A DNA stretch of 64,000 nucleotides from Thermoplasmatota archaeon (GTDB lineage: Archaea; Thermoplasmatota; E2; JACPAO01; JAHFTW01), in NCBI GenBank assembly GCA_038046725.1, contig JBBSVQ010000040.1:9526-73525 (forward strand), written 5' to 3'. The notes under the pieces are model-generated. The model was not told where the DNA came from, made no database searches, and saw nothing but the letters and a program-made list of their open reading frames with translations. The position numbers and the translations under genes were made by a program. Shown here in pieces: positions 55,002 through 64,000 of this stretch; within the stretch, counting starts at the first letter, position 1; each line of letters starts with the position of its first letter.

Positions 55002-56480
55002 ATGGGCGTCGTGGAGCAGATGCCGCAGGCGCGCGACGAGAAGCGGGACACCAAGGCCACGGACGGGACATACGACGTCGCCATCATCGGCGCCGGGCCG
55101 GGCGGCTACGTCGCGGCCATCCGCGCCGGGCAACTCGGTTTGCGCACCGTCATCATCGAGGAGACGAAACTCGGCGGCGTCTGCCTCAACGTCGGCTGCA
55201 TCCCCTCCAAGGCCATCATTTCGGCCGCGAAGGACTTCAAGCACGCCGCCGCAGCCGCGGACAAGGGCATCACCTTCGCCGACCCCATCGTCGAGATGCC
55301 GAAGCTCGTCAAGTGGAAGCAAGGCGTCGTGGACAAGCTCACCTCCGGCGTCGCGGGTCTCCTCAAGGCCAACAAGGTCGAGGTCCTCAACGGCCGCGCC
55401 ACCCTGGTTGCCAAGGACCTCGTCGAAGTCAACGGACCGATGGGCAAGCGCACCATCAACGCCCGCAACGTCATCGTGGCCACGGGGTCGTCAACCATCG
55501 AGATTCCCGGATTCAAGTTCGACGAGAAGCGCATCCTGTCCTCGACGGGCGCACTCGAGATCCAATCCGTTCCGAAGCACCTCGTCGTCATCGGCGGAGG
55601 CGTCATCGGCCTGGAACTGGGCTGCGCCTACGCCAACCTGGGCTCCGAGGTCACCGTCGTCGAGATGATGGACCAACTCGTGCCCGGCGTGGACGCCGAC
55701 ATCGCCAAGGGCTTGGAGCGCATCCTCAAGCGCAAGGGCTTCGCCATCCACCTCAAGGCGCGCGCCAAGGAAGCCAAGGCGAGCGCCAGCGGCGTCAAGG
55801 TCACCTTCGAGGCCAACGGCTCCGAGCAAGTCGTCGAGGCCGACTACGTCCTCGTCAGCGTCGGCCGCCGCCCGAACACGAAGGGACTCGGCTTGGAGAA
55901 GGTCGGCGTCAAGCTCGACGAGCGCGGGTTCGTGCCGACGGACCTGCAGCGCCGCAGCAACGTGCCGCACATCTATGCCATCGGCGACATCACGCATGGC
56001 CCCATGCTCGCCCACAAGGCCAGCAAGGAAGGCATCGTCGTCGCCGAAACCATCGCGGCCTCAATCAAGGGAACGAAGTCCAGCGCCGCGGCCGATTGGG
56101 CGACCATCCCCGGCGTCATCTTCACCGACCCCGAGATTGCCACCGCGGGCCTCACCGAGGCGCAGGCGAAGGCCGCCGGGCATGAAGTCAAGGTCGGCAC
56201 GTTCCCCGTCGCCGCTCTCGGACGCGCCCTCGCCGCCAGCGAACCCGATGGCTCCTACAAGGTCATCGCGGACGCCAAGACGGACCGCCTGCTCGGCGTG
56301 CACATCCTGGGCGCCAACGCGTCGGACCTCATCTCGGAGGCAGTCCTTGCCCTCGAGATGGGAGCCACGGCCGAGGACCTCGCACTCACCGTGCACCCGC
56401 ATCCAACGATGTCGGAAGGCATCATGGAAGCCGCCGAGGCGCTGCACGGCAAAGCCATCCACGCGCTCAACCGGTCCTAG
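55002..56480 (+). CDS. lpdA: Dihydrolipoamide dehydrogenase E3
   Basis: ORF track. GAGPGGY FAD loop, redox-active GGVCLNVGCIPSK, C-terminal HPHPTMSE. Confidence 0.95.
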   Translation: MGVVEQMPQARDEKRDTKATDGTYDVAIIGAGPGGYVAAIRAGQLGLRTVIIEETKLGGVCLNVGCIPSKAIISAAKDFKHAAAAADKGITFADPIVEMPKLVKWKQGVVDKLTSGVAGLLKANKVEVLNGRATLVAKDLVEVNGPMGKRTINARNVIVATGSSTIEIPGFKFDEKRILSSTGALEIQSVPKHLVVIGGGVIGLELGCAYANLGSEVTVVEMMDQLVPGVDADIAKGLERILKRKGFAIHLKARAKEAKASASGVKVTFEANGSEQVVEADYVLVSVGRRPNTKGLGLEKVGVKLDERGFVPTDLQRRSNVPHIYAIGDITHGPMLAHKASKEGIVVAETIAASIKGTKSSAAADWATIPGVIFTDPEIATAGLTEAQAKAAGHEVKVGTFPVAALGRALAASEPDGSYKVIADAKTDRLLGVHILGANASDLISEAVLALEMGATAEDLALTVHPHPTMSEGIMEAAEALHGKAIHALNRS

Positions 56481-56503
56481 CCCGGCCGCAGGCAACCGAG
56501 CGC

Positions 56504-56510
56504 TCATATG
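56504..56510 (+). promoter_or_regulatory. TCATATG TATA-like box upstream of the lipoprotein gene
   Basis: 22 nt upstream of ATG 56532. Confidence 0.3.
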
Positions 56511-56531
56511 CGGAATCCCCGATGCCGTGCC

Positions 56532-57158
56532 ATGCGCTTCGCACGAGCCTTGGCCCTCGTCGTTCCTCTCCTGGCAAGCGGCTGCTTCCAGGACACCCCA
56601 AATCAGGTGCCGACCACGGAGGACCCTGCCCCCGACTTGGCCATGCCGGAGACGACACCAACGACCTGGTACTTGCATCATGCCCCGACAGGAACGAGCC
56701 CCAGCGGCCAGCCCAGTTGCGGAACCGTGGACCCTTACATGGATCTGCAGGACACGGCCGGCGACTGCGGCGCCCACGGCCGCCGCTTCAATCTGTCTCC
56801 GCTGGGCGAGACACCATGCGCCGACCTGTGCTTCGTGGCCCGCAACGCGACGACCCCGACTTATGCCCTCGAAGCCCCCGTCGAGGTCCTGCTCTACTTG
56901 ACGGCCGATGCCGTGGACCAGGCCGACATCTGGGTCCAACTCCTAGCCGATGGGACGGAGGTTGGCGTGGCCGAGGCGACCGACGTGGTCGTCTTCGGGA
57001 CTGGCGGCGCAACCTTCCAGGAGGTCCCCGTGACCTTCCTGCTCACGGCTGCCATTCCTGCAGGAGCAGAGCTTGAGCTCCACGTGGAAATCAAGGCCAT
57101 CGAATCCTATTTCGTTGGGTACGAGGGCGCCAGCGCAAGCCGGTTCACCATCGGCTAG
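56532..57158 (+). CDS. Lipoprotein, function unknown
   Basis: Internal ATG of ORF 56508..57158. MRFARALALVVPLLASGC lipobox. TCATATG box 22 nt upstream. Confidence 0.6.
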   Translation: MRFARALALVVPLLASGCFQDTPNQVPTTEDPAPDLAMPETTPTTWYLHHAPTGTSPSGQPSCGTVDPYMDLQDTAGDCGAHGRRFNLSPLGETPCADLCFVARNATTPTYALEAPVEVLLYLTADAVDQADIWVQLLADGTEVGVAEATDVVVFGTGGATFQEVPVTFLLTAAIPAGAELELHVEIKAIESYFVGYEGASASRFTIG

Positions 57159-57164
57159 CCGAAC

Positions 57165-58100
57165 GTGTTCTCGCCCGGCCTGGACGGCGGGGTCGCATCC
57201 GTGAAGGCCTGGTTGCGACCGGTGCCCCAGGCGCAGTGTTTTCCCTGGCCGGACCACTGCCTTGCCGTGCCCCACCCGCGACACGCGCTCGTCATCGAGG
57301 GCGGCGGCATGAAGGGCGCCTACGCCTCGGGGGTCCTCGCGGCCTTCGAGGAACACGGGCACCATCCATTCGACGCCGTGTACGGCACCTCGGCTGGCGG
57401 CGCCTTGGGGGCATGGTTCTCGGCCGGGCAGGCGCGCTTCGCCCAGCGCACGTGGGACTACGCCGCCGATCGGCGCATCGTGTCGTACCGGCGATTCGCC
57501 CGCGGCGGCCCCCTGCTCGACCACGAGGCCCTGCTCGACATCGTCTACGTCCAGGAGGCCCCCATCGACCAGGAGGCCATCCTGCGATGCCGCCACCCGG
57601 TCGTCGTCACCGCCGTCGACATCCACACCGGCGAGACGGTCTACCACGACCTGCGCGAAGGCGACATCATCCCGTGGCTCAAGGCAACGGGGCGGCTGCC
57701 GTTCGGCGCGGGCACGCCCGTCACCATCGGGTCGCGCACGCTGCTCGACGGCGGCATCTTCGATCCCATCCCGGTGCGCAAGGCGGTCGCGGACGGAGCT
57801 CGCAAGTTGACCGTCGTCCTCAACACGCCGCCCAACGCGACGGCGCGCGACAGCCGCATCGCAAGCGCCCTTGTGGCGCGCCGCTATCCGCCGCTGCGGC
57901 ACGGGATCATCAACCACCACCACATCAAGGAGGAAGCCATCGCGTATGCGAGCTCGCCGCCGCTGGGCGTGCAGGCGACCGTAATCAGGCCAAGCAAGGC
58001 AACTGGCTTGAGTCGCTTGACGCGGGACTTGGACAAGATCCGGCGAACCCTCGAGCAGGGACGGGCCGACGGGGCAGCGCACGTGGCCCGCGCCGATTGA
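57165..58100 (+). CDS. Patatin-like phospholipase
   Basis: ORF track. GGGMKGAY oxyanion loop, GTSAG serine motif, DGG aspartate motif. Confidence 0.88.
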   Translation: MFSPGLDGGVASVKAWLRPVPQAQCFPWPDHCLAVPHPRHALVIEGGGMKGAYASGVLAAFEEHGHHPFDAVYGTSAGGALGAWFSAGQARFAQRTWDYAADRRIVSYRRFARGGPLLDHEALLDIVYVQEAPIDQEAILRCRHPVVVTAVDIHTGETVYHDLREGDIIPWLKATGRLPFGAGTPVTIGSRTLLDGGIFDPIPVRKAVADGARKLTVVLNTPPNATARDSRIASALVARRYPPLRHGIINHHHIKEEAIAYASSPPLGVQATVIRPSKATGLSRLTRDLDKIRRTLEQGRADGAAHVARAD

Positions 58101-58192
58101 CGGGGCCCGATTCGCACGCCCAGCCCTCGCTGGGCACGCATGTCCCATTCCAGACACGTGTGCCCAGACCTGTTCCCACGTCGTCATCGACC

Positions 58193-58199
58193 CTATAAG
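58193..58199 (+). promoter_or_regulatory. CTATAAG TATA-like box upstream of argC
   Basis: 34 nt upstream of ATG 58233. Confidence 0.35.
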
Positions 58200-58232
58200 T
58201 GGAAGGGACGAGTGTTGTTGCGTCATTTGGCA

Positions 58233-59237
58233 ATGGTCAACGTCGCCGTCATCGGAGCCCGGGGCTATCTCGGCCGGGAATGCGTCCGGATCCTCCTCGC
58301 CCACCCGCAAGTCGCCTCAATCACGCCCGTGAGCAACACCGAGGCCGGCAAGGCCTACGGCGACCTCGTCCCCGGGTTCCGCGGACGCCCCCTGACCTTC
58401 GCGCCCTCCAACGACCCAAAGGTCGCCGCCGCCGACGTGCTCTTCCTCGCCACGGACGCCGAGGAGGCCAAGAAGGCCGTCGCCGCCGCGAAGGACGGCC
58501 AACTCGTCATCGACCTCAGCCGCGCCCACCGCCACCAAGGCTTCGAGGCCGGCTCGCAGTGGGTGTACGGCCAACCCGAACTCCTGCCCGTCGCCAAGGG
58601 TGCCAAGCGCATCGCGAACCCAGGCTGCTACCCCACGGCCACGATGCTCGCTGCCGCCCCGGCCCTGGCCGCCGGCCTGGTCGCCGACGGCGTGCTCATC
58701 AGCGACGGCATCAGCGGCGTCAGCGGCGCCGGCGCCACTCCACGCGGGGACCTGCACTTCCCGGAAGCCAACGAGGCCGTTCGCGCCTACAAAGTCCTCG
58801 GCCACGACCACCTGGCGGAGATCCGCCTGGCCGCCGCCGCAGTCGAACACAAGGCCGGCTCGCGCACCGCCGCTCAGGCACCGCGCGCCGTGCGCTTCAC
58901 GCCGCACCTGGCGCCCTTCAACCGCGGACTGCTTGCCACCGTGTACCTTCCCCTCAAGTCCGGCGTCACGGCCGAGCAGGTCAAGGCCGCCTACGCAGCG
59001 CACTACGCGAACACGCCCTTCGTGCACGTCGTCGCCGAGGCAGACACCGCCAACGTGCGCGGCAGCAACCGCGCCGAAGTCGCCGTGGACGTCGACTTGG
59101 ATGCCGGCCTCATCGTCGCGCGCTGCGCCATCGACAACCTCATCAAAGGCGGCTCCGGAAACGCGGTGCAGAACATGAACCGCGCACTCGGCCTTGCCGA
59201 GGGCGCTGGCCTGCCGACCCTCGGAGGCGGTCCTTAG
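58233..59237 (+). CDS. argC: N-acetyl-gamma-glutamyl-phosphate reductase
   Basis: ORF 58140..59237 with internal ATG 58233. VIGARGYLG NAD loop and active site NPGCYPTA. CTATAAG box 34 nt upstream. Confidence 0.9.
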   Translation: MVNVAVIGARGYLGRECVRILLAHPQVASITPVSNTEAGKAYGDLVPGFRGRPLTFAPSNDPKVAAADVLFLATDAEEAKKAVAAAKDGQLVIDLSRAHRHQGFEAGSQWVYGQPELLPVAKGAKRIANPGCYPTATMLAAAPALAAGLVADGVLISDGISGVSGAGATPRGDLHFPEANEAVRAYKVLGHDHLAEIRLAAAAVEHKAGSRTAAQAPRAVRFTPHLAPFNRGLLATVYLPLKSGVTAEQVKAAYAAHYANTPFVHVVAEADTANVRGSNRAEVAVDVDLDAGLIVARCAIDNLIKGGSGNAVQNMNRALGLAEGAGLPTLGGGP

Positions 59238-60556
59238 TGCTCCTTGGATGGCGGCGCACCGTCGCCAAGCTTCAAGGCACCGCGCCGGAGTCGCCGGGCG
59301 TGCCCACGGCCAACGGCCAGTCCACCAGCGCCTACACCGTCACCATCGTTGCGGACAAGCACCTCAACCACGTCCCCGGCTTCAAGGCCCAAGGCGTCTG
59401 GGCGCAGATCAAGAAGAAATCCAAGGACGTCTGCCTGATCGTCAGCGACCGCCCCTCCAAAGGCGCGGCCGTCTTCACGCAGAACGCCTTCTGCGCCGCT
59501 CCCGTCATCGTCTCGCGCGAGAACGTCGAGAACGGCGACATCCGCGCCATCGTTTGCAACGCCGGCAACGCCAACGCCGTCACCGGTGAGCAGGGCCTGA
59601 AGGACGCCCGCGAGATGGCGGAGGTCGCGGGCAAGGCCCTCAAGCTCCAGCCGGACCAATTCATCGTCTGCTCCACGGGCATCATCGGACGCCCCATGCC
59701 GATGGACAAAGTCCGCGCCGGCATCGTCGAGGCAGCACGCACCCTGGGCGACGCCACCGGCGGCGAGGCTGCCGAAGCCATCACGACCACGGACAGCCAC
59801 CCCAAGCATGTCTTCGTCGAGGTCAAGGTCGCCGGGCGCACCTTCAACATCGCAGGCATCGCCAAGGGCGCCGGCATGATCCACCCCAACATGGCGACCA
59901 TGCTGTCGTTCCTCGTCACCGACGCCCCAATCACGACGACGTTCCTGCAGGCGAACCTGAAGGAGGCCGTGAACGCCACCTTCAACATGATCACCATCGA
60001 CGGCGACCAGTCCACGAACGACACATGCGCCCTGATTGCCAACGGCGCCGCCGGCGGAGCGAACCTCCGCAAGGGCACCCCCGAAGCCGAAGCCTTCCAG
60101 GCCGGCCTGCGCCTCGCCTGCAAGGTCCTCGCCAAGCACATCGCCGGCGACGGCGAAGGCGCCACCTCGGTCCTCGAGGTCCGTGTCGAAGGGGCCAGCA
60201 CCCTCGACGACGCCCGCACCATCGCGCGCGCCGTGGCGAAGTCGAACCTCGTCAAGAGCGCCCTGCACGGCAAGGACCCCAACTGGGGCCGCATCGTCGC
60301 CGCCGTCGGCGCATGCGGAGCCAACGTGGACCCCAACCGCGTCAGCGTCCGCTTCGAGTCCAGCCTTGGCTCCGTCCCCGTCCTCGACAACGGCGAACCC
60401 CTGGGCGCAACCGAACTCAAGGCCGCCAACGCCGTCCTGCAGACGCGCGAAGTCCGAATCCTGGTCACCCTCGGCCTCGGCCCCCACATGGCGGAAGCCT
60501 GGGGCTGCGACCTGAGCGAAGAGTACGTCACCTTCAACAGTGCGTACTCGACGTGA
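59237..60556 (+). CDS. argJ: Bifunctional ornithine acetyltransferase / N-acetylglutamate synthase
   Basis: C-terminal part of ORF 58199..60556. Autoprocessing site NMATMLSF. GTG 59237 overlaps the argC TAG and has GGAGG 10 nt upstream; the alternative GTG is 59300. Confidence 0.88.
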   Translation: MLLGWRRTVAKLQGTAPESPGVPTANGQSTSAYTVTIVADKHLNHVPGFKAQGVWAQIKKKSKDVCLIVSDRPSKGAAVFTQNAFCAAPVIVSRENVENGDIRAIVCNAGNANAVTGEQGLKDAREMAEVAGKALKLQPDQFIVCSTGIIGRPMPMDKVRAGIVEAARTLGDATGGEAAEAITTTDSHPKHVFVEVKVAGRTFNIAGIAKGAGMIHPNMATMLSFLVTDAPITTTFLQANLKEAVNATFNMITIDGDQSTNDTCALIANGAAGGANLRKGTPEAEAFQAGLRLACKVLAKHIAGDGEGATSVLEVRVEGASTLDDARTIARAVAKSNLVKSALHGKDPNWGRIVAAVGACGANVDPNRVSVRFESSLGSVPVLDNGEPLGATELKAANAVLQTREVRILVTLGLGPHMAEAWGCDLSEEYVTFNSAYST

Positions 60557-60580
60557 GGCCTGGTCAGTCCATGGACAGGC

Positions 60581-60646
60581 GAACCACGAATTGCACGAAG
60601 GCCACGAACCGCGACGGTTTCGTGCATTTCGTGCCATTCGTGGTTC
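60581..60646. repeat. 9-nt-unit hairpin element, CACGAA variant
   Basis: GAACCACGAAT-TGCACGAAG-GCCACGAAC cgcgacgg TTTCGTGCA-TTTCGTGCC-ATTCGTGGTTC. Lies between argJ and argB. Confidence 0.9.
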
Positions 60647-60700
60647 CGCTGCCGCCCAACCTCGGCTTGATACCCTCCCCCCGCGTCCGGTGAACTGCCC

Positions 60701-61489
60701 ATGCCCACAATCGTCCTCAAGCTCGGCGGAGCCATCTGCCTCGATCCGTCCCAAGTGGACGCCGTCGCGGGGGAAGTCAAGGCCCTGCAAGCCGCCGGCC
60801 ACCAAGTGGTGCTCGTGCATGGCGGCGGGCCGCAACTCGACGCCGCAATCGCGGACCTGGGCGAAGCGGCCGTCAAGATTGATGGCCTGCGCGTCACCAG
60901 CAAGGCGGCCGCCAAGGTCGTCCTCGACGTCATGGACGCCATCGGCAAGCAGCTCACCAGTCAGCTCGGCGCGGCCGGCGTCAAGTCTCACCACGTGCCC
61001 GGCGTCGCGGAGGGCTTCCAGGCGTCCGTGAAGAGGTCGGACAAGGGCGACCTCGGCCGCGTCGGGACCGTGCAGCGCTTCACGGCGCAGCACCGCATCC
61101 ATGGCGCCGCTGAACTGGCCGTCGTGACTCCCGTCGGCTTCGATGCGCAGGGTCCGCTCAACATCAACGCCGACGAGGGGGCCGCCTCGGTCGCCACCGC
61201 CTTGCGGGCGAAGTGGCTCATCCTCGGCACCGACGTCGCCGCGGTCCGGGGCGCCGAAGGCGAACCCCTGTCCCGCCTGACGCCGCGCTCGGCGCGCAAG
61301 CTCATCCAGGAGAACACCGCCGTCGGCGGCATGATTCCCAAGCTCACCTCGGCGGTCAACGCGCTGTCCGGCGGTGTGTCCAAGGTCATCGTGACGAAAG
61401 TGCAGCCGGGCCTCCTGGTGGATGCCATCCTGCGCGGCAAAGTGCAGGGAACGCTCGTCGAGAACGACGCCGTCATGGGGCTGGCCTGA
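60701..61489 (+). CDS. argB: Acetylglutamate kinase
   Basis: ORF track. VLKLGGA, VLVHGGGPQ and NINADEGA motifs. Confidence 0.9.
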   Translation: MPTIVLKLGGAICLDPSQVDAVAGEVKALQAAGHQVVLVHGGGPQLDAAIADLGEAAVKIDGLRVTSKAAAKVVLDVMDAIGKQLTSQLGAAGVKSHHVPGVAEGFQASVKRSDKGDLGRVGTVQRFTAQHRIHGAAELAVVTPVGFDAQGPLNINADEGAASVATALRAKWLILGTDVAAVRGAEGEPLSRLTPRSARKLIQENTAVGGMIPKLTSAVNALSGGVSKVIVTKVQPGLLVDAILRGKVQGTLVENDAVMGLA

Positions 61490-61503
61490 TGCACGCCCGC
61501 CCA

Positions 61504-61562
61504 GCCGCGAATTTCGCGAAGGACCGCGAAGCCCTGTTCGCGCTTTTCGCGCAATTCGCGGC
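61504..61562. repeat. 9-nt-unit hairpin element, CGCGAA variant
   Basis: GCCGCGAAT-TTCGCGAAG-GACCGCGAAG ccctg TTCGCGCTT-TTCGCGCAA-TTCGCGGC. Lies between argB and argD. Confidence 0.85.
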
Positions 61563-61583
61563 TTCGTCGTCGGGGGTCGCCGC

Positions 61584-62795
61584 ATGACGTACTCCGCGAA
61601 ACGCTGGGAGACCGCGATGGCGCCCAACTACACGACGCCCGCCATCCAGCTCCTGTCGGGAACCGGCAGCCGCGTCACGGACGCCGACGGCAAGGAATAC
61701 CTCGACCTGCTCGCCGGCATCGCCGTCAACATCCTCGGCCATGCGCACCCGGCCATCGTGAAGGCCGTGACGACGCAGGTCGGCCTGCTTGCGCACACGT
61801 CGAACCTCTACGCCAACGCGCCTTCGCTGCGGCTGGCCGAGCGACTGCAGGAACGCACAGCTGGCTTCGCCCCTGGCGGATACAAGACCATCTTCCAGAA
61901 CTCGGGGACGGAAGCCAACGAGGGCGCGCTCAAGCTGCTGCGCCGCCATGCCCACGCGCAGGGAATGCCCGAAGCCGTCGTCGTCGCCTTCGAGAATTCC
62001 TTCCACGGCCGCACGACTGGCGCCGTCAAACTGACGGGCCAGAAATCGTACCAGGAAGGCTTCGACCCGCTGCCGACGCAGATCGTGCACGTGCCCTTCA
62101 ACGACCCCGCCGCCCTCGAGCGCGTCTTTGCGCAGAACAAGGTTGCCGGCGTCTTCTTCGAGTCCGTCCAAGGCGAAGGCGGCGTGCTGCCCATGGACGC
62201 CGACACCGCGTGGGCGCTGCGCAAACTCAGCCAAGCCAACGGAGCCCTCCTCGTCGCCGACGAAGTCCAGACCGGCGTCGGCCGCACGGGCAAATTCTTC
62301 GGCTTCCAACACGACGGCCTCACCCCGGACGTCATCACGCTCGCCAAGGGCCTGGGCGGCGGCCTGCCCATTGGAGCCATCCTCATCCACCCGAAGGCTG
62401 CGACCCTGTTCGCCCCCGGCGCCCACGGAACGACGTTCGGAGGCAACGCCGTGGCCTGCGCCGCTGGCAACGCCGTCCTCGACGTCCTCGAGCGCGATTC
62501 CCTCGTGCCCCGCGCCGGCAGCCTCGGCGAACAGTTCATGGCGGAGTTGGCTGAGCAGGGCTTGCCTGCCCGCGGCCGCGGTTTGCTCGTCGGCGTCCCG
62601 CTCGACGGCCCCAAGGCCCCCGACGTCGTGACCGCCTTGCGCGGCAAGGGCATCCTCGTCGGCCAGGCGGGCAAGTCGGTGCTTCGCATCGCGCCGGCCC
62701 TCAACATCAAGGAAGCGGACCTCGTGGGCGCAATCCCGGCCATCGTCGACGCCATCGCGTCGGTGAAACCCGCGGCGACGGCTACCGCGCACTAG
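61584..62795 (+). CDS. argD: Acetylornithine aminotransferase (class III PLP)
   Basis: ORF 61422..62795 with internal ATG 61584. NSGTEANE, DEVQTGVGRTG and TLAKGLGGG (PLP lysine) motifs. Confidence 0.9.
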   Translation: MTYSAKRWETAMAPNYTTPAIQLLSGTGSRVTDADGKEYLDLLAGIAVNILGHAHPAIVKAVTTQVGLLAHTSNLYANAPSLRLAERLQERTAGFAPGGYKTIFQNSGTEANEGALKLLRRHAHAQGMPEAVVVAFENSFHGRTTGAVKLTGQKSYQEGFDPLPTQIVHVPFNDPAALERVFAQNKVAGVFFESVQGEGGVLPMDADTAWALRKLSQANGALLVADEVQTGVGRTGKFFGFQHDGLTPDVITLAKGLGGGLPIGAILIHPKAATLFAPGAHGTTFGGNAVACAAGNAVLDVLERDSLVPRAGSLGEQFMAELAEQGLPARGRGLLVGVPLDGPKAPDVVTALRGKGILVGQAGKSVLRIAPALNIKEADLVGAIPAIVDAIASVKPAATATAH

Positions 62796-62798
62796 CCG

Positions 62799-62960
62799 CA
62801 ATCCACCGATGCCCACCGATGGCACCGATGCGGTTCCCCATCGGTGGAAATCGGTGTCATCCGTGGATGGGTCCGTCGTGCCGCGACAATCCGCCGATGA
62901 CGCCGAACCCGCCGATGCAGGAATCGTTCATCGGCGATATCGGCGTCATCGGCGGATTGG
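62799..62960. repeat. Double hairpin composite (CACCGATG hairpin + CGCCGATG hairpin)
   Basis: CAATCCACCGATG-CCCACCGATG-GCACCGATG ... GGATGG, then CAATCCGCCGATG-ACGCCGAAC-CCGCCGATG ... CATCGGCGGATTGG. It is the inverted counterpart of 11642-11797. Confidence 0.85.
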
Positions 62961-62980
62961 GTCGGCTGGTCGCGACGCGC

Positions 62981-64000
62981 CTACAACTTGTAGCGCAGAA
63001 GGGCAACGATGCCGCCGAAGGCGCGGTCGAGGATGCCGCCTTCTTCGCTGGCTGGGCTGACGATGTGCACTTCGCCGCCGGAGCCTTCCGCGAGGTCGGA
63101 GAGTTCTTCGATGAGGTCCTTGCGTTCGACTTCGGTCTGGTTGCCGCCCCACTTCTTCGACATCTCGCTGATGGCGGCGTCGGTGGCCTCGCCGCGTGGC
63201 ACCGACTTGGCGACCACTTCGCCGGTCTGGCGGTTGGTGAAGACGAGGCGTTCCTTGCGCAGGTTCTCGGACAGCAGCAAGTGCTGGACGGCGGCCGCGT
63301 CGAGGGCCTTGCGCACTTCGTTCTCACCGTACGTGCCGAGGCCGGCGTCGGGTTTGGCCGTCTCGCGCAGGAATTGCTGCATGAGCTTGCGGTCCTGCAT
63401 GCGCCCGATCTCCTCGATGGCGGCGCCGGCGTTCTCGACCATCTCCTTGAGGCCCTGGTCGTCGTCGGTGTAGCCGGTGTCGAAGAACTGCGGGTAGAGC
63501 TTCTTGCGAATCTCGTGGTGCAGGTACTCCTCGCGTGCGAAGAACTCCTTCGTCGGGCCGGGTCCCCCCAGGAGGAGGGCCTTGATGTCGGCGTTGAGGA
63601 AGATCTCCGTCGCCTTCTCGGCGCACTGCGTGAACCACTCGTGCGCGGCGATCTCGATGAGGCGCTCGAAGCGTTGCGCCGATTGACCGCCGCGGCCGTG
63701 CTTGGACGGCACGAGGGAGCCGCGGTTGTAGACGGGGACGATGGTCTTGCCGCGCAGGAAGCCCATGGAACACTCCTTGCGGTCGAGGATGATGAGGCCG
63801 TACTGCTCCTCGACGGCGCCGATGGCCTTCAGCGGCTCGAGGTTGAACGTGGACTCGCAGCGGTACTGGTACGTGTTGACCGGCGCGGGAGGCTCGATGA
63901 GGTGGGCGACGCTCATCGTCTTGTTGGCGCCGATGTTGACATCGCCGACGAAGATGGCGAGGCCGTTCTTGGGGGTCTCGCGGTAGTTCTTCAATCGCGC
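62981..64000 (-). CDS. prf1: Peptide chain release factor aRF1; N-terminus beyond window edge
   Basis: ORF 62981..63994 remains open to the window end. GGQ motif in HGRGGQSAQRFERL and overall aRF1/eRF1 similarity. Confidence 0.93.
   Translation of the reverse strand, partial: ARLKNYRETPKNGLAIFVGDVNIGANKTMSVAHLIEPPAPVNTYQYRCESTFNLEPLKAIGAVEEQYGLIILDRKECSMGFLRGKTIVPVYNRGSLVPSKHGRGGQSAQRFERLIEIAAHEWFTQCAEKATEIFLNADIKALLLGGPGPTKEFFAREEYLHHEIRKKLYPQFFDTGYTDDDQGLKEMVENAGAAIEEIGRMQDRKLMQQFLRETAKPDAGLGTYGENEVRKALDAAAVQHLLLSENLRKERLVFTNRQTGEVVAKSVPRGEATDAAISEMSKKWGGNQTEVERKDLIEELSDLAEGSGGEVHIVSPASEEGGILDRAFGGIVALLRYKL

Noticed and set aside
58199-60556. 785-aa ORF suggesting an argC-argJ fusion or an N-terminally extended ArgJ.
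   Set aside because: The first 346 codons or so overlap argC in another frame and are Arg/Pro-rich nonsense. GTG 59237, with GGAGG 10 nt upstream, gives a normal-length ArgJ.
59234-61627. 797-aa ORF on the minus strand spanning argJ, argB and the argD start. Similar very long ORFs include 13744..15312(-), 53546..55087(-), 3157..4293(-), 45645..46925(+) and 10853..12565(+).
   Set aside because: They are antisense or out of frame to genes with clear family motifs, are Arg/Gly/Ala/Pro-rich as expected from stop-codon-poor high-GC DNA, and show no recognisable domains.

Overview
High-GC (about 65%) archaeal chromosomal segment. The archaeal markers are sn-glycerol-1-phosphate dehydrogenase, ABCE1 and aRF1; the lineage cannot be placed from sequence alone. 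I call about 74 protein genes and found no rRNA, tRNA, CRISPR array, transposase or integrase. Most genes are housekeeping or heterotrophic metabolism: a tyrosine catabolism set (hppD, hmgA, FAH-family hydrolase); a 2-oxoacid dehydrogenase operon (E1alpha, E1beta, E2, E3) with lipA nearby; a fixC-fixX-etfB-etfA electron-transfer flavoprotein cluster; argC-argJ-argB-argD; an arsC-aquaporin pair; Fe-S assembly genes (IscA-like, Mrp/NBP35); a MoeB/UbaA-like E1 enzyme; and several secreted, lipoprotein and membrane proteins. The unusual part is non-coding. (1) About 20 hairpin elements have arms made of three direct 9-nt units. The unit core differs between loci but always changes in both arms together. 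About half lie between co-directional neighbouring genes, and two are inserted in frame in the inter-domain linkers of E2 and EtfA. (2) A MITE-like family has 8 core copies of about 190-200 bp with GGCGCNCGTTC terminal inverted repeats and variable flanking modules. One composite copy (2180-3400) carries a two-gene cassette (small protein plus winged-helix protein). Also notable: four tiny, translationally coupled membrane ORFs lie between E1alpha and E1beta; an ABC-F ATPase sits in an archaeal context; and a lipoprotein gene appears frameshifted. Many long ORFs in the six-frame track are antisense or out-of-frame artefacts of the high GC content. Repeat coordinates and identities were read by eye (about +/-3 nt), and no database search was possible.
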